Part shown: positions 49,633-60,233 of the stretch, piece after piece
How the letters are laid out: every line of letters begins with the position of its first letter
Position numbering within the stretch: position 1 is the stretch's first letter
DNA from: an uncultured cyanobacterium
GTDB lineage: Bacteria > Cyanobacteriota > Cyanobacteriia > Cyanobacteriales > CAWUOF01
NCBI GenBank assembly: GCA_963744145.1
Contig: CAVUSO010000001.1
Location: forward strand, 4,736,001-4,800,000
Direction: 5' to 3'
DNA length: 64,000 nt
The notes under the pieces: model-generated
Database searches by the model: none
Seen by the model: the letters and a program-made list of their open reading frames with translations, nothing else
What the model was told of the DNA's origin: nothing
Position numbers and translations under genes: made by a program

Positions 49633-49692
49633 ATTTGCTGTTACTTGTTTGAGTATGTAGTTATAATTTGCTAGTCTAGCTCAAACCGTTGT

Positions 49693-50433
49693 ATGAACTT
49701 AATTCACCCCAATTGCCATTGGCTCAAACGTAATCGTGATCGTTTTTTTACTGGGTTGTCACTCCTCTTTTTATGCAATCCAATTTCTGCTCTAGCTCAG
49801 TCCAAGATATTACCTAATGATCCCTCTAACAGCGATCGCTTGAGCCAAATGTTTTCTCCCGATATTCAGGGAACAATGGGTGCTTGTTGGGATCATGGAA
49901 AACCGAATCTAGCTGCGGGTGCTAATGAGAATGGAGCACTAATTTGTAGTGATGGTTCCCCTCATCAATCGGTTAAGTTTAACGAATACACGGAAACTAT
50001 TTCTGATTTCTTTGCGGCTAGTTTTCTGATTGGTATGCGTTCAGTAGTATCGACTAATTCTCAAGTCACACCGACCATATTAGCAAATTATTTTAATAGT
50101 GAGAAAGGACAAGATTTTTTTCGTCAATCATTAGAAAGCTCCCTCGAATCTAGCAAAGTATTACCACCAAATGATCACGAATCAATTCGCATTTTAGTTG
50201 ACAACATCATGCAGCGAAGTCAACCAATTTTAGTCAATCCTAATGCTTTCAATAATTTATTAGGTACAACGGAGCAATATCAAGAAGTCGTCCAAAAATT
50301 TTGCACCCCTCCAGGAATGTCTGTCCGACAAGCTCAAATACAATTACCCCAACTCAATTCGATTCAACTTTATGCTATCTGTCTAAAAGAATCTGGATTA
50401 GTAGATAATTTGACTAGGATCGAAAAAAAATAA
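49693..50433 (+). CDS. Exported hypothetical protein
   Basis: Signal-peptide-like N-terminus (ISALAQ), four Cys in the mature part, FCTPPGMS motif. Confidence 0.7.
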   Translation: MNLIHPNCHWLKRNRDRFFTGLSLLFLCNPISALAQSKILPNDPSNSDRLSQMFSPDIQGTMGACWDHGKPNLAAGANENGALICSDGSPHQSVKFNEYTETISDFFAASFLIGMRSVVSTNSQVTPTILANYFNSEKGQDFFRQSLESSLESSKVLPPNDHESIRILVDNIMQRSQPILVNPNAFNNLLGTTEQYQEVVQKFCTPPGMSVRQAQIQLPQLNSIQLYAICLKESGLVDNLTRIEKK

Positions 50434-50436
50434 TAG

Positions 50437-50463
50437 TAGAGACGTTCCGGTGGAACGTCTCTA
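50437..50463. repeat. REP-like palindrome between convergent genes
   Basis: TAGAGACGTTCC-GGT-GGAACGTCTCTA. Confidence 0.75.
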
Positions 50464-50474
50464 GTCAAATTTAT

Positions 50475-53099
50475 CTATAACTGAGTTGTTATTAACTCAA
50501 TTGGTAAGCGTTTAAAAAAGAGACGTTCATTAGCAACATCAACAAATATGGTATCTCCATCATTGAATTCTCCCCGTAATATGGCTTTAGCAATTTGAGT
50601 TTCTAACTCTCGTTGAATTGCACGTTTTAGAGGTCGGGCACCGAAAACTGGATCATAACCAACTTCTACTAAAAAGTCGATCGCAGCTTCCGCAAGTTTT
50701 AGAGACATATGGCGATCGCTGAGTCTTTTTTCCAACCGAGAAACTTGGATTTTGACAATTTGTCGTAATTCATTCCGAGCTAAACTATGGAAAATAATTA
50801 CTTCATCAATCCGATTCAAAAACTCTGGACGGAAACTCACTCTCATTTCTTCCATCACCCTAGCGCTCATCTGCTCATATTGAGCATCATCTCCACCCAT
50901 ATCTAAAATATAACGTGAGCCGATATTACTGGTCATAATAATAATCGCATTCTTAAAGTCTACCGTATGCCCTTGAGCATCCGTGACGCGACCATCATCC
51001 AGAATTTGCAGCATCACATTAAATACATCAGCATGAGCTTTTTCAATCTCATCAAACAAAATTACCGCATAAGGACGACGACGAATTGCTTCCGTTAATT
51101 GACCTCCCTCATCATAACCGACATAACCTGGAGGGGCACCAATTAATCGGGAAACTGCGTGTTTCTCCATATATTCAGACATATCGATTCGTACTAATGC
51201 TTCTTCAGTATCAAATAGATATGCAGCGATCGCTTTAGCTAACTCAGTTTTTCCGACTCCCGTTGGACCGAGGAAAATAAAACTCGCGACCGGTCGATTG
51301 GGATCAGCTAAACCAGCACGCGATCGCTGAATTGCATCAGCGACTGCGGTCACTGCTTCATTTTGACCAATGACTCGACGATGTAATTCATCTTCTAAAT
51401 GTAAGAGTTTTTCTTTTTCCGATTCGACTAATTTGCTGATCGGAATCCCTGTCCATTTAGAAATAATTTCGGCAATATCTGATTCAGTTACCTCTTCCCG
51501 TAACAGAGATTTTCCTGTTGTTTGTACTTGGGATAATTGCGTTTCTGCTGCTTCTAATTGTCGGTGTAAATCAGTTAATTTGCCATATTTTAACTCAGCG
51601 GCACGATTCAGATCATAATCTCTTTCTGCTTGACCGATTTCCACATTCACTCGATCAATTTCTTCTTTAATCATCTGAATTTTGTTGATTACATCTTTTT
51701 CTGATTGCCATTGAGAACTCAAATGTAGTTGTTCTTCTTTTAAATTAGCTAAGTCTTTTTCTAGTCTTTCTAATCTTTCCAAAGAAGCAGAATTACTTTC
51801 TTTTTGCAGGGATAGTTTCTCCATTTCTAATTGGAGAATTTTGCGATCGATTTCATCTAATTCTTCCGGTTTAGAAGTAATCTCCATTTTCAACCGAGCC
51901 GCAGCTTCATCGACCAAATCGATCGCTTTATCAGGAAGAAACCGATCGCTAATATACCGAGTAGACAAAGTAGCGGCTGCAACTAAAGAACTATCAGAAA
52001 TTTTCACCCCATGATGAACTTCATAACGTTCTTTCAAACCCCGCAAAATTGAAATAGTATCTTCGACACTGGGTTGATCAACATAAACCTGCTGAAAACG
52101 ACGTTCTAAAGCAGCATCTTTTTCGATATATTTGCGATATTCATCTAAAGTAGTAGCCCCAATACAACGCAATTCACCTCGGGCTAACATCGGTTTAAGT
52201 AAATTCCCAGCATCCATTGCTCCTTGAGTAGCACCAGCACCGACCACGGTATGAATTTCATCAATAAACATGATGATCTGTCCCCGGGAGTCAGTCACTT
52301 CTTTCAGAACAGCTTTCAACCGCTCTTCAAATTCTCCTCGGAATTTAGCACCAGCAATTAAAGCACCGAGATCCAACGCGATTAGTTTCCGATCCTTGAG
52401 GGATTGGGGTACATCTCCAGTAATAATTCTTTGAGCTAATCCTTCAGCGATCGCGGTTTTTCCGACCCCAGGTTCCCCAATCAGGACGGGATTATTTTTA
52501 GTTCGACGGGAGAGAATCTGAATTGTCCGTCTAATTTCATCATCTCTACCAATTACCGGGTCTAATTTCCCTTGTCGAGCAGCTTCAGTTAAATCACGAC
52601 CATATTTTTCTAATGATTGGTATTTCCCCTCGGGATTTTGGTCAGTCACTTTTTGGCTCCCCCGGATTTGTTCGATCGCATTTTTGAGCTTCTTTTCATC
52701 GAGCTTAAATTCTTGAAATAAAGCTCTCCCAAAGCGTTCATCTTTATGATAAGCCAACAAAAGATGCTCAATCGAAATGAATTCATCTCCATATTCTTGT
52801 CGATGGGCTTCGGCCCGATCCAGCAAACTATCGAGACTACGTCCCAAATAAACTGAACTACTAGCACCACTAATTTTCGGCTGACGATTGATAAATTCCT
52901 CTGTCCGATCGCGCATCCGCTCGACCTGAACCCCCACCTTGGCAAAAATATTACTCGCTAGTCCATCTTGTTCTAGGAGCGACTTCATCAGATGTTCACT
53001 TTCTAACTGTTGCTGTTGTGCTTGTTTAGCAAGATCCGGAGTCCGAACTATCGATTCCCAGGCTTTTTCAGTAAATTGATTCGGGTTAGTTGGTTGCAT
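50475..53099 (-). CDS. clpB: ATP-dependent chaperone ClpB
   Basis: Two AAA+ modules ([16 protein letters not shown]), coiled-coil M domain and GARPLKR. Confidence 0.97.
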   Translation of the reverse strand: MQPTNPNQFTEKAWESIVRTPDLAKQAQQQQLESEHLMKSLLEQDGLASNIFAKVGVQVERMRDRTEEFINRQPKISGASSSVYLGRSLDSLLDRAEAHRQEYGDEFISIEHLLLAYHKDERFGRALFQEFKLDEKKLKNAIEQIRGSQKVTDQNPEGKYQSLEKYGRDLTEAARQGKLDPVIGRDDEIRRTIQILSRRTKNNPVLIGEPGVGKTAIAEGLAQRIITGDVPQSLKDRKLIALDLGALIAGAKFRGEFEERLKAVLKEVTDSRGQIIMFIDEIHTVVGAGATQGAMDAGNLLKPMLARGELRCIGATTLDEYRKYIEKDAALERRFQQVYVDQPSVEDTISILRGLKERYEVHHGVKISDSSLVAAATLSTRYISDRFLPDKAIDLVDEAAARLKMEITSKPEELDEIDRKILQLEMEKLSLQKESNSASLERLERLEKDLANLKEEQLHLSSQWQSEKDVINKIQMIKEEIDRVNVEIGQAERDYDLNRAAELKYGKLTDLHRQLEAAETQLSQVQTTGKSLLREEVTESDIAEIISKWTGIPISKLVESEKEKLLHLEDELHRRVIGQNEAVTAVADAIQRSRAGLADPNRPVASFIFLGPTGVGKTELAKAIAAYLFDTEEALVRIDMSEYMEKHAVSRLIGAPPGYVGYDEGGQLTEAIRRRPYAVILFDEIEKAHADVFNVMLQILDDGRVTDAQGHTVDFKNAIIIMTSNIGSRYILDMGGDDAQYEQMSARVMEEMRVSFRPEFLNRIDEVIIFHSLARNELRQIVKIQVSRLEKRLSDRHMSLKLAEAAIDFLVEVGYDPVFGARPLKRAIQRELETQIAKAILRGEFNDGDTIFVDVANERLFFKRLPIELITTQL

Positions 53100-53465
53100 G
53101 GTTTGAGTCTTATTTCTATTTCAGTATCGCTTAGGAATGAAAAATGGTTTTAGTTCGTAGTAAGCGCTTACTACAAGCAAGCTATCTTCTGGATTAAATT
53201 GTATGAAGATCAGCCGATCGCTGTGGATCGGTCTTTACGAAACTATCATTCACAATCTCCGTCTGGGCCGATCGCCAATCTGATCCGATCGCCTTCAACC
53301 CCGCAACTTTTTGGTTTTAGTGGTCAATATTTGGAGATATTGGGGGGAGATCGCATTTAGTTCCGCAAGTCAAGAGCTAATTTTTCTTGGAGTGGCCAGA
53401 TATTTAGAGAGTTATGGAAGGTGATTACTATTAAAATAGTGTTAATACTTAACCTTGATTAAACT

Positions 53466-53816
53466 ATGACTACGCCATCCATGCCCCAACCTGAACTTGA
53501 GTCTAAAAAAATTACTCTTGAGCAATATCACGCCTATTCACCAGAGAAAATAGAACTAATAGATGGTTTATATGGTTTTTGTTATTATAAAGAGGAAATC
53601 ATCAAAGGTTTTTATCTGGCGATGTTGACTAATATGGGTTTAAAGAAAGCCATTCGTTATTTACCACTTTCTTCTTGGTTAGAGGCGATTCAGACGATCG
53701 CATCAAACGATCCGAAGTTAAATTTCGATGATGAGGTAAGTGAAGCGATGCTCAACAGATTCAACCGAGGGTTAGCAGATTTGCAAGTAGTTGCATCTTA
53801 TTTAGAAGAGAAATAG
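53466..53816 (+). CDS. Hypothetical protein
   Basis: 116-aa ORF with a PEKIELIDG motif. Confidence 0.65.
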   Translation: MTTPSMPQPELESKKITLEQYHAYSPEKIELIDGLYGFCYYKEEIIKGFYLAMLTNMGLKKAIRYLPLSSWLEAIQTIASNDPKLNFDDEVSEAMLNRFNRGLADLQVVASYLEEK

Positions 53817-53848
53817 CAAGAATTGAGAATCTAGAAAATGGCGATCGC
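53778..53848 (+). repeat. 71-bp direct repeat, copy 1 (copy 2 at 55404-55474)
   Basis: GATTTGCAAGTA.TTGCATCTTATTTAGAAGAGAAATAGCAAGAATTGAGAATCTAGA.AATGGCGATCGC, with 2 mismatches. Confidence 0.9.
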
Positions 53849-53929
53849 ATCTTACCCAAACTAATATCCGGAGAAATTCGGGTTAAAGACGCCGAATGAA
53901 CCCCGCATCCTTTATCACGGAGATCGACT

Positions 53930-54139
53930 ATGAAAGTTAATCTACCCAAGGAACAACAAGTGATCCAAGAAGCCCTGCAAATTCTCTATGCTCACATGAC
54001 CCCACTCAAAGTCGCCCGCTTTATCACCGCTTGTCAGCTAGGCGAAGGAGACTATCTCCAAACCAAAGACGAACTGTTTGTTGATGAAACTGTAGATAGT
54101 TTGTGTGACAAGATTAAAGCCTTTAAGCAAAGTAAATAG
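53930..54139 (+). CDS. Small hypothetical, antitoxin-like protein
   Basis: 69 aa, K.ARF...GEGDYL motif, GGAG RBS. Confidence 0.55.
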   Translation: MKVNLPKEQQVIQEALQILYAHMTPLKVARFITACQLGEGDYLQTKDELFVDETVDSLCDKIKAFKQSK

Positions 54140-54712
54140 ACGGTGATCGCCATTTTAATATTTCGCCTAGTTCTCCGCCCAGATTCTCCAAAATATTCTT
54201 AACCGAACCGTATTGGGGGCGATCGCGCTTTAAGTCTACAGTCCAAAAAACTTTCTGATTATGGGAATGATTTCTTGACAATCCTGAGCCACTGGTGTGT
54301 TAGCAGGTAATCTCCCCACAATCCCATTCAAGAAAATAATCACGTCATCAGCTAGATTTTTATTGTCCTGATTACTAGGGTTTTCTATTGCCATAGTTAG
54401 TCCTTCTAGCTCTTTCAGTCCCCAAGTTTTGTATTTATCTAATAAGTAATTATTCTCAAAGTCAAATCAGAGCAGAATATTAGGTGCGATCGCTATTCCA
54501 AAATGCCCTCTGTCTTGGTTTTGTCCAGGATGGCGATCGTGCTTAATTTTTCCTTCCATAATATTGGTTCAACTTAGAATCACTGCTCAAAACTAAGGTC
54601 AATACTCCGGACAGTTTTTTTCGGTAGTCCATGTTTTCATGGTGCAGGTGATGGTAAAATGGGCTGACAACTGGTTCCAGTGGTGAAAGGCAAAAGTAAA
54701 AAGGTAAAAATT

Positions 54713-54940
54713 ATGCACCAAGTCACATTACAAGATGCAGAAAAGCACTTAGCCAATCTCCTCGAAGAAGCTAACAGAGGTGAAGAAGTGATCGTCGTTA
54801 ATGACGAGGGCACATTATTTAAAATAATTGCGATCGGTAAAACTGTGCCAATCCCAAAATTTGGTAGCGCCAAAGGCTTAATCAAAATGTCCGATGACTT
54901 TGACGAACCATTAGAAGATTTTGCGAAGTATGCACCATGA
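54713..54940 (+). CDS. Phd/YefM-like antitoxin with DUF2281-like tail
   Basis: A.KHLA.LLEEA..GEEVIV, then FGSAKGLIKMSDDFDEPLEDF; ATGA overlap with the toxin. Confidence 0.85.
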   Translation: MHQVTLQDAEKHLANLLEEANRGEEVIVVNDEGTLFKIIAIGKTVPIPKFGSAKGLIKMSDDFDEPLEDFAKYAP

Positions 54941-55323
54941 AGTTTCTCCTTGATACCCACGCCTTTTTATGGTTTATTGATGGCAATCAAAATCTAAGTA
55001 TTACCGCCAAAAATGCGATCGAGGCACCAACTAATCAACGATATTTGAGCATTGCTAGTCTCTGGGAGATTGCCATCAAAGTTAGCATTGGCAAACTAGA
55101 GATTGGGATGACCCTCACAGAATTGGTGAAACGTGAGGTTTACGGAAACGCGATCAATTTGCTAGAGATACATTCCGAGCATCTAGATACCCTAACCGCT
55201 TTACCTTTCCATCACAAAGACCCATTTGATCGCCTTATACTTTCTCAAGGATTATCCGAAAATATTGCCATAATCACCAAAGATAGTTTATTTGCCAACT
55301 ACCCCGTAAACCTAATATGGTAA
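54937..55323 (+). CDS. vapC: VapC/PIN-domain toxin
   Basis: LLDTHAFLW, SIASLWEIAIK, HKDPFDR and ITKD motifs. Confidence 0.92.
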   Translation: MKFLLDTHAFLWFIDGNQNLSITAKNAIEAPTNQRYLSIASLWEIAIKVSIGKLEIGMTLTELVKREVYGNAINLLEIHSEHLDTLTALPFHHKDPFDRLILSQGLSENIAIITKDSLFANYPVNLIW

Positions 55324-55403
55324 TTGGCAAATAAATTCTCTGTAAATCTAGTTATTTCGGCTACTGCTCACAACGCTTCACCCATGCGACCTATCTCCTG
55401 GCC

Positions 55404-55474
55404 GATTTGCAAGTATTTGCATCTTATTTAGAAGAGAAATAGCAAGAATTGAGAATCTAGAGAATGGCGATCGC
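55404..55474 (+). repeat. 71-bp direct repeat, copy 2
   Basis: Matches 53778-53848. Confidence 0.9.
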
Positions 55475-55666
55475 GTCTCCCACCCAGATATTATTCTCTG
55501 CTGAAGGTTTGAAATTTTTCAGAACTTGCTGATATTTGGCTGTTTGGTTTAAGTTCCAAATAAAACACTATATGAAGATGAAGTTTTATTACCAAATTGG
55601 GTAGTGCCAAAAATGTAGTTCTATTACTGCATCTGTTGGGAAATTCTGCGGGGCGATCGCGGAAAA

Positions 55667-55750
55667 TTAACGCCTGTTGGCAATGCTTCGATAACCGTTC
55701 AACTCTTCAACTAGATCAGAGCGTCTTACAGGTTTACCTGTAGATACAAC
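55667..55750 (-). pseudogene. Displaced original 3' end of the glycosyltransferase gene
   Basis: Reads VVSTGKPVRRSDLVEELNGYRSIANRR* on the far side of the IS. Confidence 0.8.
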
Positions 55751-57207
55751 CAGGGTAAGAGCATCTCAATTAGGCTTGACACAAGGATTAAGAAGGATCT
55801 AATGTAGACTCAGAGAAACAAGAAAGGAGGATTTGGAGCATATAATTATTATCCATAGCAGCGCGTTTACTTTTCTGGCGTAAACTGCGTTTGTAAGTTG
55901 ACTCGCGATTAAGAGCGTTGAGAGCTAATCGTCTGAGCAGAGAAAAGTTACGAGGACTGTGAAAAGAACGAATGCGACAGCTATCTTCAAAAAAAGTACA
56001 ATCTAAAGTCCAGTGTGCAGAATTTTCGATTTCCCAATGTTGACGAATAGCTCGACCTATGAATTCAGCATTGTTGTCTAAAGAAGTAAGATAGTATTGA
56101 GTCTCGCAAGTAGTTTTGTTCCAAAGATGACGGATACGATGAATGATGACAATACTTTTTAAACCTGCCCATAATTTGGGTTGGTAAAGGTCAGGAATGG
56201 CCGTAATAGGGAACACCCAAACTTCACGAATTTCCACCCGATGATGCCCTTTCTCAATCCGTTTGTCATGAGTGAAATCAATTCCTGAAAAATTATTTTT
56301 CTGTGCAGTTTGGAAGAATTGTTGTACCTGATTATGTAAAGTTGGATGATTGGCTTTAAGTGTCAGAATATAATCAGCTTTTTTATCAATAATCTTTTGA
56401 GCAATTTCGGTTTGGGTCCCCATCGCATCAATAGTAATAATTGAGCCAGCGATATCAAGTAACTCTAGTAATGCTGGAATAGCTGTAATTTCATTGGATT
56501 TATCTTGGACTTTCATTTGTGCTAAAACTAATCGTTGTTCACTAGCCCACGCACTAATCAAATGTAATGCTGATTGTCCTTGATTTCGGTCATAGGAACC
56601 TCTGACAGTCTTCCCATCTATGGCAATTACTTCTCCTCCCATTTGAGTAACTAAGGTGTTTACCCAAGCTTGAAAACATTGCTCCAATTGGTTGGGGTTA
56701 ATACTTTCAAATACTCGACGAAAGGTATCATCTGAGGGAATACCATTGGGTAATTCTAAAAACTCTTCTAGCCAAATTTGTTTACTAATCCCATAATTCT
56801 CAATGTCTTCCCAGCCTTGTGCTCCAGCTATTATGGCCAGAATTGCCATCACTAAAATGTCTATCAATAAGTGTTTTTTTGTTCGGTTTACTCTCGGGTC
56901 TTCAACATCTTCAAAATGCTTGACTAAACTCTGTTGTATTTCCATCAAGTCAGCTACTACTTGGTTTTTCCTAGCAGAATGGGAGTTTTGTTTAGCATTA
57001 GCTATATTGATATCGAACCCTTGAGACATTTGAATATTCCTGGAGATTATGAGTTGGACGGTATAGTTTTTCACCTACCACTCTCTATGCTCTTTTGTCA
57101 ACTATTTTCTCTACCAGATTTGTGATGTTCTGATCTCGATGGCTATATTTCATATTTGATGAAAATATTCTGTATCCTCGGTGACAAAATTAGATGCGCT
57201 AACCCTG
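55751..57207 (-). mobile_element. ISAs1-family insertion sequence (1457 bp)
   Basis: TIRs CAGGGTAAGAGCATCT / CAGGGTTAGCGCATCT; 10-bp TSD TAGATACAAC at 55741-50 and 57208-17. Confidence 0.93.
55788..57074 (-). CDS. ISAs1 transposase
   Basis: DPR, GIPSDDTFRRVF, IAIDGKT, KSNEITA, TIDAMGTQ, LKAN and HWEIEN..HW.LD motifs. Confidence 0.95.
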   Translation of the reverse strand: MKNYTVQLIISRNIQMSQGFDINIANAKQNSHSARKNQVVADLMEIQQSLVKHFEDVEDPRVNRTKKHLLIDILVMAILAIIAGAQGWEDIENYGISKQIWLEEFLELPNGIPSDDTFRRVFESINPNQLEQCFQAWVNTLVTQMGGEVIAIDGKTVRGSYDRNQGQSALHLISAWASEQRLVLAQMKVQDKSNEITAIPALLELLDIAGSIITIDAMGTQTEIAQKIIDKKADYILTLKANHPTLHNQVQQFFQTAQKNNFSGIDFTHDKRIEKGHHRVEIREVWVFPITAIPDLYQPKLWAGLKSIVIIHRIRHLWNKTTCETQYYLTSLDNNAEFIGRAIRQHWEIENSAHWTLDCTFFEDSCRIRSFHSPRNFSLLRRLALNALNRESTYKRSLRQKSKRAAMDNNYMLQILLSCFSESTLDPS

Positions 57208-58456
57208 TAGATACAACTTGCTCAACAATATCAGCAGCTCGACTAACTCCCCCGGCTTTGTTAATTGCCTTTTGTAACCTGAGCGCGTTCTGTTGATACT
57301 TTTCTTCTGTTAGTACCTTTTGAATAGCAGTTCTCAGTCTAGAAACATTTAACTTCTTGAGAGTTACAGCTTCACCACATCCCGACCAAACTATACGTGC
57401 CGCTACTCCTGGTTGGTCATTAGTGATAGGAATTGCCACCATTGGCACTCCCTTTGTTAAGGATTCTAATGTGGTATTCATCCCTGCATGGGTAATCGTA
57501 AGCGTTGTTTTTTCTAGTAATTCCAGTTGGGGTGCATAACCAACCACCAGAGGATGTCCGGGTAATCCTTGTAGAACTTCAGGACTTGCAGAACCACCCA
57601 AAGAAATCACCAATTGCACATCTAACTTGTTACAAGCTTCTGCAATACAGTGAAAAATTTCTAATAGTCGATTTTGGATAGTTCCCATCGAGGCATAAAT
57701 TAGCGGTTGTCCAGTCAACTTTTCAAACGGGAAAGGTGTTGGTTCTCGACTGGCAGGATTATTGTAAGCTCCAGTGAAGTGGAAGCAATCAGGCAAATTC
57801 TCTCTAGGAAATTCCAATTCCGCAGGTTGTTGACTTAGTTGTGCTAGTCGGGAGTAGTAGTCGTTAGGGCTAAAGTGTGGTGGTAAATTCCATTGGCGAC
57901 GGTACTCGTTAATCACTTTGCGGATTGGTTTGCTAACTTGGTTTAATAGTTTGTCACCAGCCCAATTGCGTACCTTTGCCCATGTTGCTGGACTATAACT
58001 CCAAGAGGTATTAAAAGGAGGAACACTGACATCCCGATTAATCATTAAGGCACAAGCACAGCTAACAAAGGGAATACCGAGTAATTCCGCAACGCTTCCT
58101 CCCTCTGGTGAAATTTGGTCCACTATGAGCGCATCTACTCCTGCTTGTTTTACTAATGTCGGCAGTTCGCGCAGATTCACTTGTGTGCTTTGCTGTATGG
58201 TATTAACCGTATATTGCAATGCTGCGAATCCACTTAATTTTCCCAGTTGGGTAAACATCTGTTTCATAAGCCCTGAAGGAAAATCAGACTCACCAACTGC
58301 CCGAAATTGTAATCCTGCGGCTAGTGCTTTTGATTGAGCATCAAGTAATCCAAATAAGGTAACTCGATGACCCCGTTTTTGCAACTCATACCCCAAGGTG
58401 GTCATCGGGTTGAGGTGGCCGGATGCCGCTGGACAGATTAGCCCATAGTGAGTCAT
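57143..58456 (-). CDS. MGT/GT1-family glycosyltransferase (CrtX-like) with an IS-derived C-terminus
   Basis: GHLNPM, YASMGT, APQLELL, ITHAGMNT and P.TNDQPG motifs. Confidence 0.9.
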   Translation of the reverse strand: MTHYGLICPAASGHLNPMTTLGYELQKRGHRVTLFGLLDAQSKALAAGLQFRAVGESDFPSGLMKQMFTQLGKLSGFAALQYTVNTIQQSTQVNLRELPTLVKQAGVDALIVDQISPEGGSVAELLGIPFVSCACALMINRDVSVPPFNTSWSYSPATWAKVRNWAGDKLLNQVSKPIRKVINEYRRQWNLPPHFSPNDYYSRLAQLSQQPAELEFPRENLPDCFHFTGAYNNPASREPTPFPFEKLTGQPLIYASMGTIQNRLLEIFHCIAEACNKLDVQLVISLGGSASPEVLQGLPGHPLVVGYAPQLELLEKTTLTITHAGMNTTLESLTKGVPMVAIPITNDQPGVAARIVWSGCGEAVTLKKLNVSRLRTAIQKVLTEEKYQQNALRLQKAINKAGGVSRAADIVEQVVSTGLAHLILSPRIQNIFIKYEI

Positions 58457-58558
58457 TGTCTCTGGTTAATTATAAGGTTGCTGTAGTTTATACCACAGGC
58501 TGTCACCAGCCGCTTGTAAACAGTTACAATAGTAGATTAATGTTCTTCAATCACGATC

Positions 58559-58834
58559 ATGAGTGAAGTGAGTGAAGGACACAGAGAGCGAGTGCTTGGT
58601 TTGGTATACAAAGGTGAAATCTTTGAGTTGATGGTACAGCACCCTATCGTAGTAGAAATAACCGAAGCTATTGTGGGTTCAGACATGACCCTCGGCGGTT
58701 TCTCTGCTCATATCCTCCATCCGGGCGCAACAAATATGGTCTCCAAAAAATTTATTATTCTTCATAAAAATCCCACTGACCTCTTAAAAACCGGGATATC
58801 ATCGAATTTCCGTCATGATCAACTCGATTTTTAG
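58559..58834 (+). pseudogene. Probable phytanoyl-CoA dioxygenase-like fragment
   Basis: LVYKGEIFE.MV.HP.V.EI.E.I.G.D..LGGFSA.IL.PG, after which similarity appears to be lost. Confidence 0.45.
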
Positions 58835-59253
58835 ACCAACCGATCAAACTCCTCAATCGAGTTAGTCATGTAAACACCAATCCCATTGACATCCGGGATC
58901 AGCGCTTCACCCATCCTCATCACCATCATGCCAGTTTGCTCGAACCAGAATTTGCCGATCGGGGAATGAAGAGATTAGTTTGTCTTTTGTACCAATTTTT
59001 AGATAATCTGAAACATAAAACTTGAATTTAAGGCAAAAAACCGATTAATAGAGCTTAAAATCGGGAAAATAGGGATAAATAAGCTTTAAAATCTTTTTTA
59101 ATTCCATTTAAGCCCTATAATAGTTTCAGTAGCTCTTTACCTAAACCAGAAACTTGCTCAATAATGCAAGACAACAAGTCAAAAGTTAGCTCGCCAAGAC
59201 AGCCAAAGCTGGGATTTTAACAAGCAACTTCTAAACAAGAGGAGACTGAGAAA

Positions 59254-60117
59254 GTGAAACTAGCAGTTTATGGAAAAGGTGGCATTGGTAAATCTACAAC
59301 CAGCTGTAATATCTCCGTTGCTTTAGCCAAACGGGGCAAAAAAGTATTGCAAATTGGCTGCGATCCGAAGCACGACAGCACATTTACCCTCACCGGTTTT
59401 TTAATTCCGACCATCATAGACACCCTCCAAGCCAAGGACTATCACTACGAAGATGTTTGGCCAGAAGATGTGATTTACAAAGGTTATGGTGGAGTAGACT
59501 GCGTAGAAGCTGGAGGACCGCCCGCTGGTGCTGGTTGTGGTGGCTATGTAGTGGGTGAAACAGTAAAACTGCTCAAAGAACTCAACGCTTTTGATGAATA
59601 CGACATCATTCTCTTTGATGTCTTAGGAGACGTAGTTTGTGGCGGTTTTGCCGCACCATTGAACTATGCTGATTACTGCTTAATTGTCACCGACAACGGC
59701 TTTGATGCTCTATTTGCGGCTAACCGAATTGCTGCTTCCGTCCGCGAAAAAGCTCGCACCCATCCCCTGCGGTTAGCCGGATTAATCGGCAATCGGACCT
59801 CAAAGCGGGATCTGATCGAAAAATATGTGGAAGCAGTACCGATGCCCATTTTGGAAGTCCTGCCCCTGATTGAAGATATTCGTGTTTCTCGGGTGAAAGG
59901 AAAAACCTTGTTTGAAATGGCAGAAAAAGATCCGATGCTTAACTACGTCTGTGATTACTATCTCAGCATTGCTGATCAAATTTTGGCCTTACCAGAAGGT
60001 GTTGTGCCTAAAGATGCTCCCGATCGCGAATTATTCTCACTTTTGTCTGACTTCTACCTCAATCCAAATCAGCCAGAAATTAAGACTGAACCAGTATTGG
60101 ACTTAATGATGGTTTAA
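59254..60117 (+). CDS. chlL: Dark-operative protochlorophyllide reductase Fe protein
   Basis: [33 protein letters not shown] and [11 protein letters not shown] motifs; chlN downstream. Confidence 0.97.
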   Translation: MKLAVYGKGGIGKSTTSCNISVALAKRGKKVLQIGCDPKHDSTFTLTGFLIPTIIDTLQAKDYHYEDVWPEDVIYKGYGGVDCVEAGGPPAGAGCGGYVVGETVKLLKELNAFDEYDIILFDVLGDVVCGGFAAPLNYADYCLIVTDNGFDALFAANRIAASVREKARTHPLRLAGLIGNRTSKRDLIEKYVEAVPMPILEVLPLIEDIRVSRVKGKTLFEMAEKDPMLNYVCDYYLSIADQILALPEGVVPKDAPDRELFSLLSDFYLNPNQPEIKTEPVLDLMMV

Positions 60118-60233
60118 ACCAAGTATTTTCCAGGGTGAAGGGAATTGCTAATTGGCAGTATGATTCACTACGAGACTGCGGGTCAAATAAAACAGAATCA
60201 TAATGTAATTCAGCAAGACAGGGTCTAAAAATT

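Noticed and set aside
59254..60117. nifH
   Set aside because: [10 protein letters not shown] and [10 protein letters not shown] signatures plus adjacent chlN indicate ChlL.
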